Shown here: positions 35,665 through 35,810 of the stretch, piece after piece
Layout of the letters: every line of letters starts with the position of its first letter
Position numbering within the stretch: the first letter of the stretch is position 1
Source of the DNA: Puia sp.
GTDB taxonomy: Bacteria > Bacteroidota > Bacteroidia > Chitinophagales > Chitinophagaceae
Direction of reading: 5' to 3'
Length of the DNA stretch: 35,810 bases
Assembly (NCBI GenBank): GCA_035550615.1
Contig: DASZOW010000076.1
Coordinates: 1 to 35,810, forward strand
Translations under genes and position numbers: made by a program
The notes under the pieces: model-generated
Databases searched by the model: none
Told to the model about the DNA's origin: nothing
What the model saw: only the letters and a program-made list of their open reading frames with translations

Positions 35665-35810
35665 TGTGTCGAGTTTTGGTGGTTGACTGGCCGGTGCATC
35701 ATGAATATAGCGATTTATCGGATATTAGCAATGGATTATCAAAATCGGGTAAAAACTAGTTAAAAAGTGGTCAAACAGGGTTAGGATCGCTAAAATACCC
35801 CGTGTTTTTT

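Overview
This is a gene-dense, GC-rich chromosomal window, most likely from a Bacteroidota bacterium (Chitinophagaceae-like). The evidence is TAnnTTTG -7 promoter boxes, A-rich leaders without Shine-Dalgarno sites, and signal peptides ending in A|Q. Bases 1-11.7 kb hold the most interesting part, an uncharacterised tailoring cluster that may continue upstream of the window. It contains a PglK/Wzk-like ABC exporter, a NodB deacetylase, a GT2 glycosyltransferase, three SAM methyltransferases, two cobalamin-binding radical SAM enzymes, a Twitch/SPASM radical SAM enzyme, a Pol-beta-type nucleotidyltransferase and a monotopic phosphoglycosyl transferase. After it come a secreted DUF6067-like putative glycoside hydrolase, a three-gene two-component module, a FAH-family dehydratase with a dGTPase, and an orphan beta-propeller sensor kinase. 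Next is an islet of small ORFs with two XRE regulators and several hairpins and palindromes. The window ends with a GH3, a translationally coupled M1 peptidase / S9 peptidase / GH127-146 operon, a perfect 39-bp tandem duplication and an AraC regulator. I saw no rRNA, tRNA, CRISPR array or transposase. All product calls come from motif recognition by eye; no database search was run.
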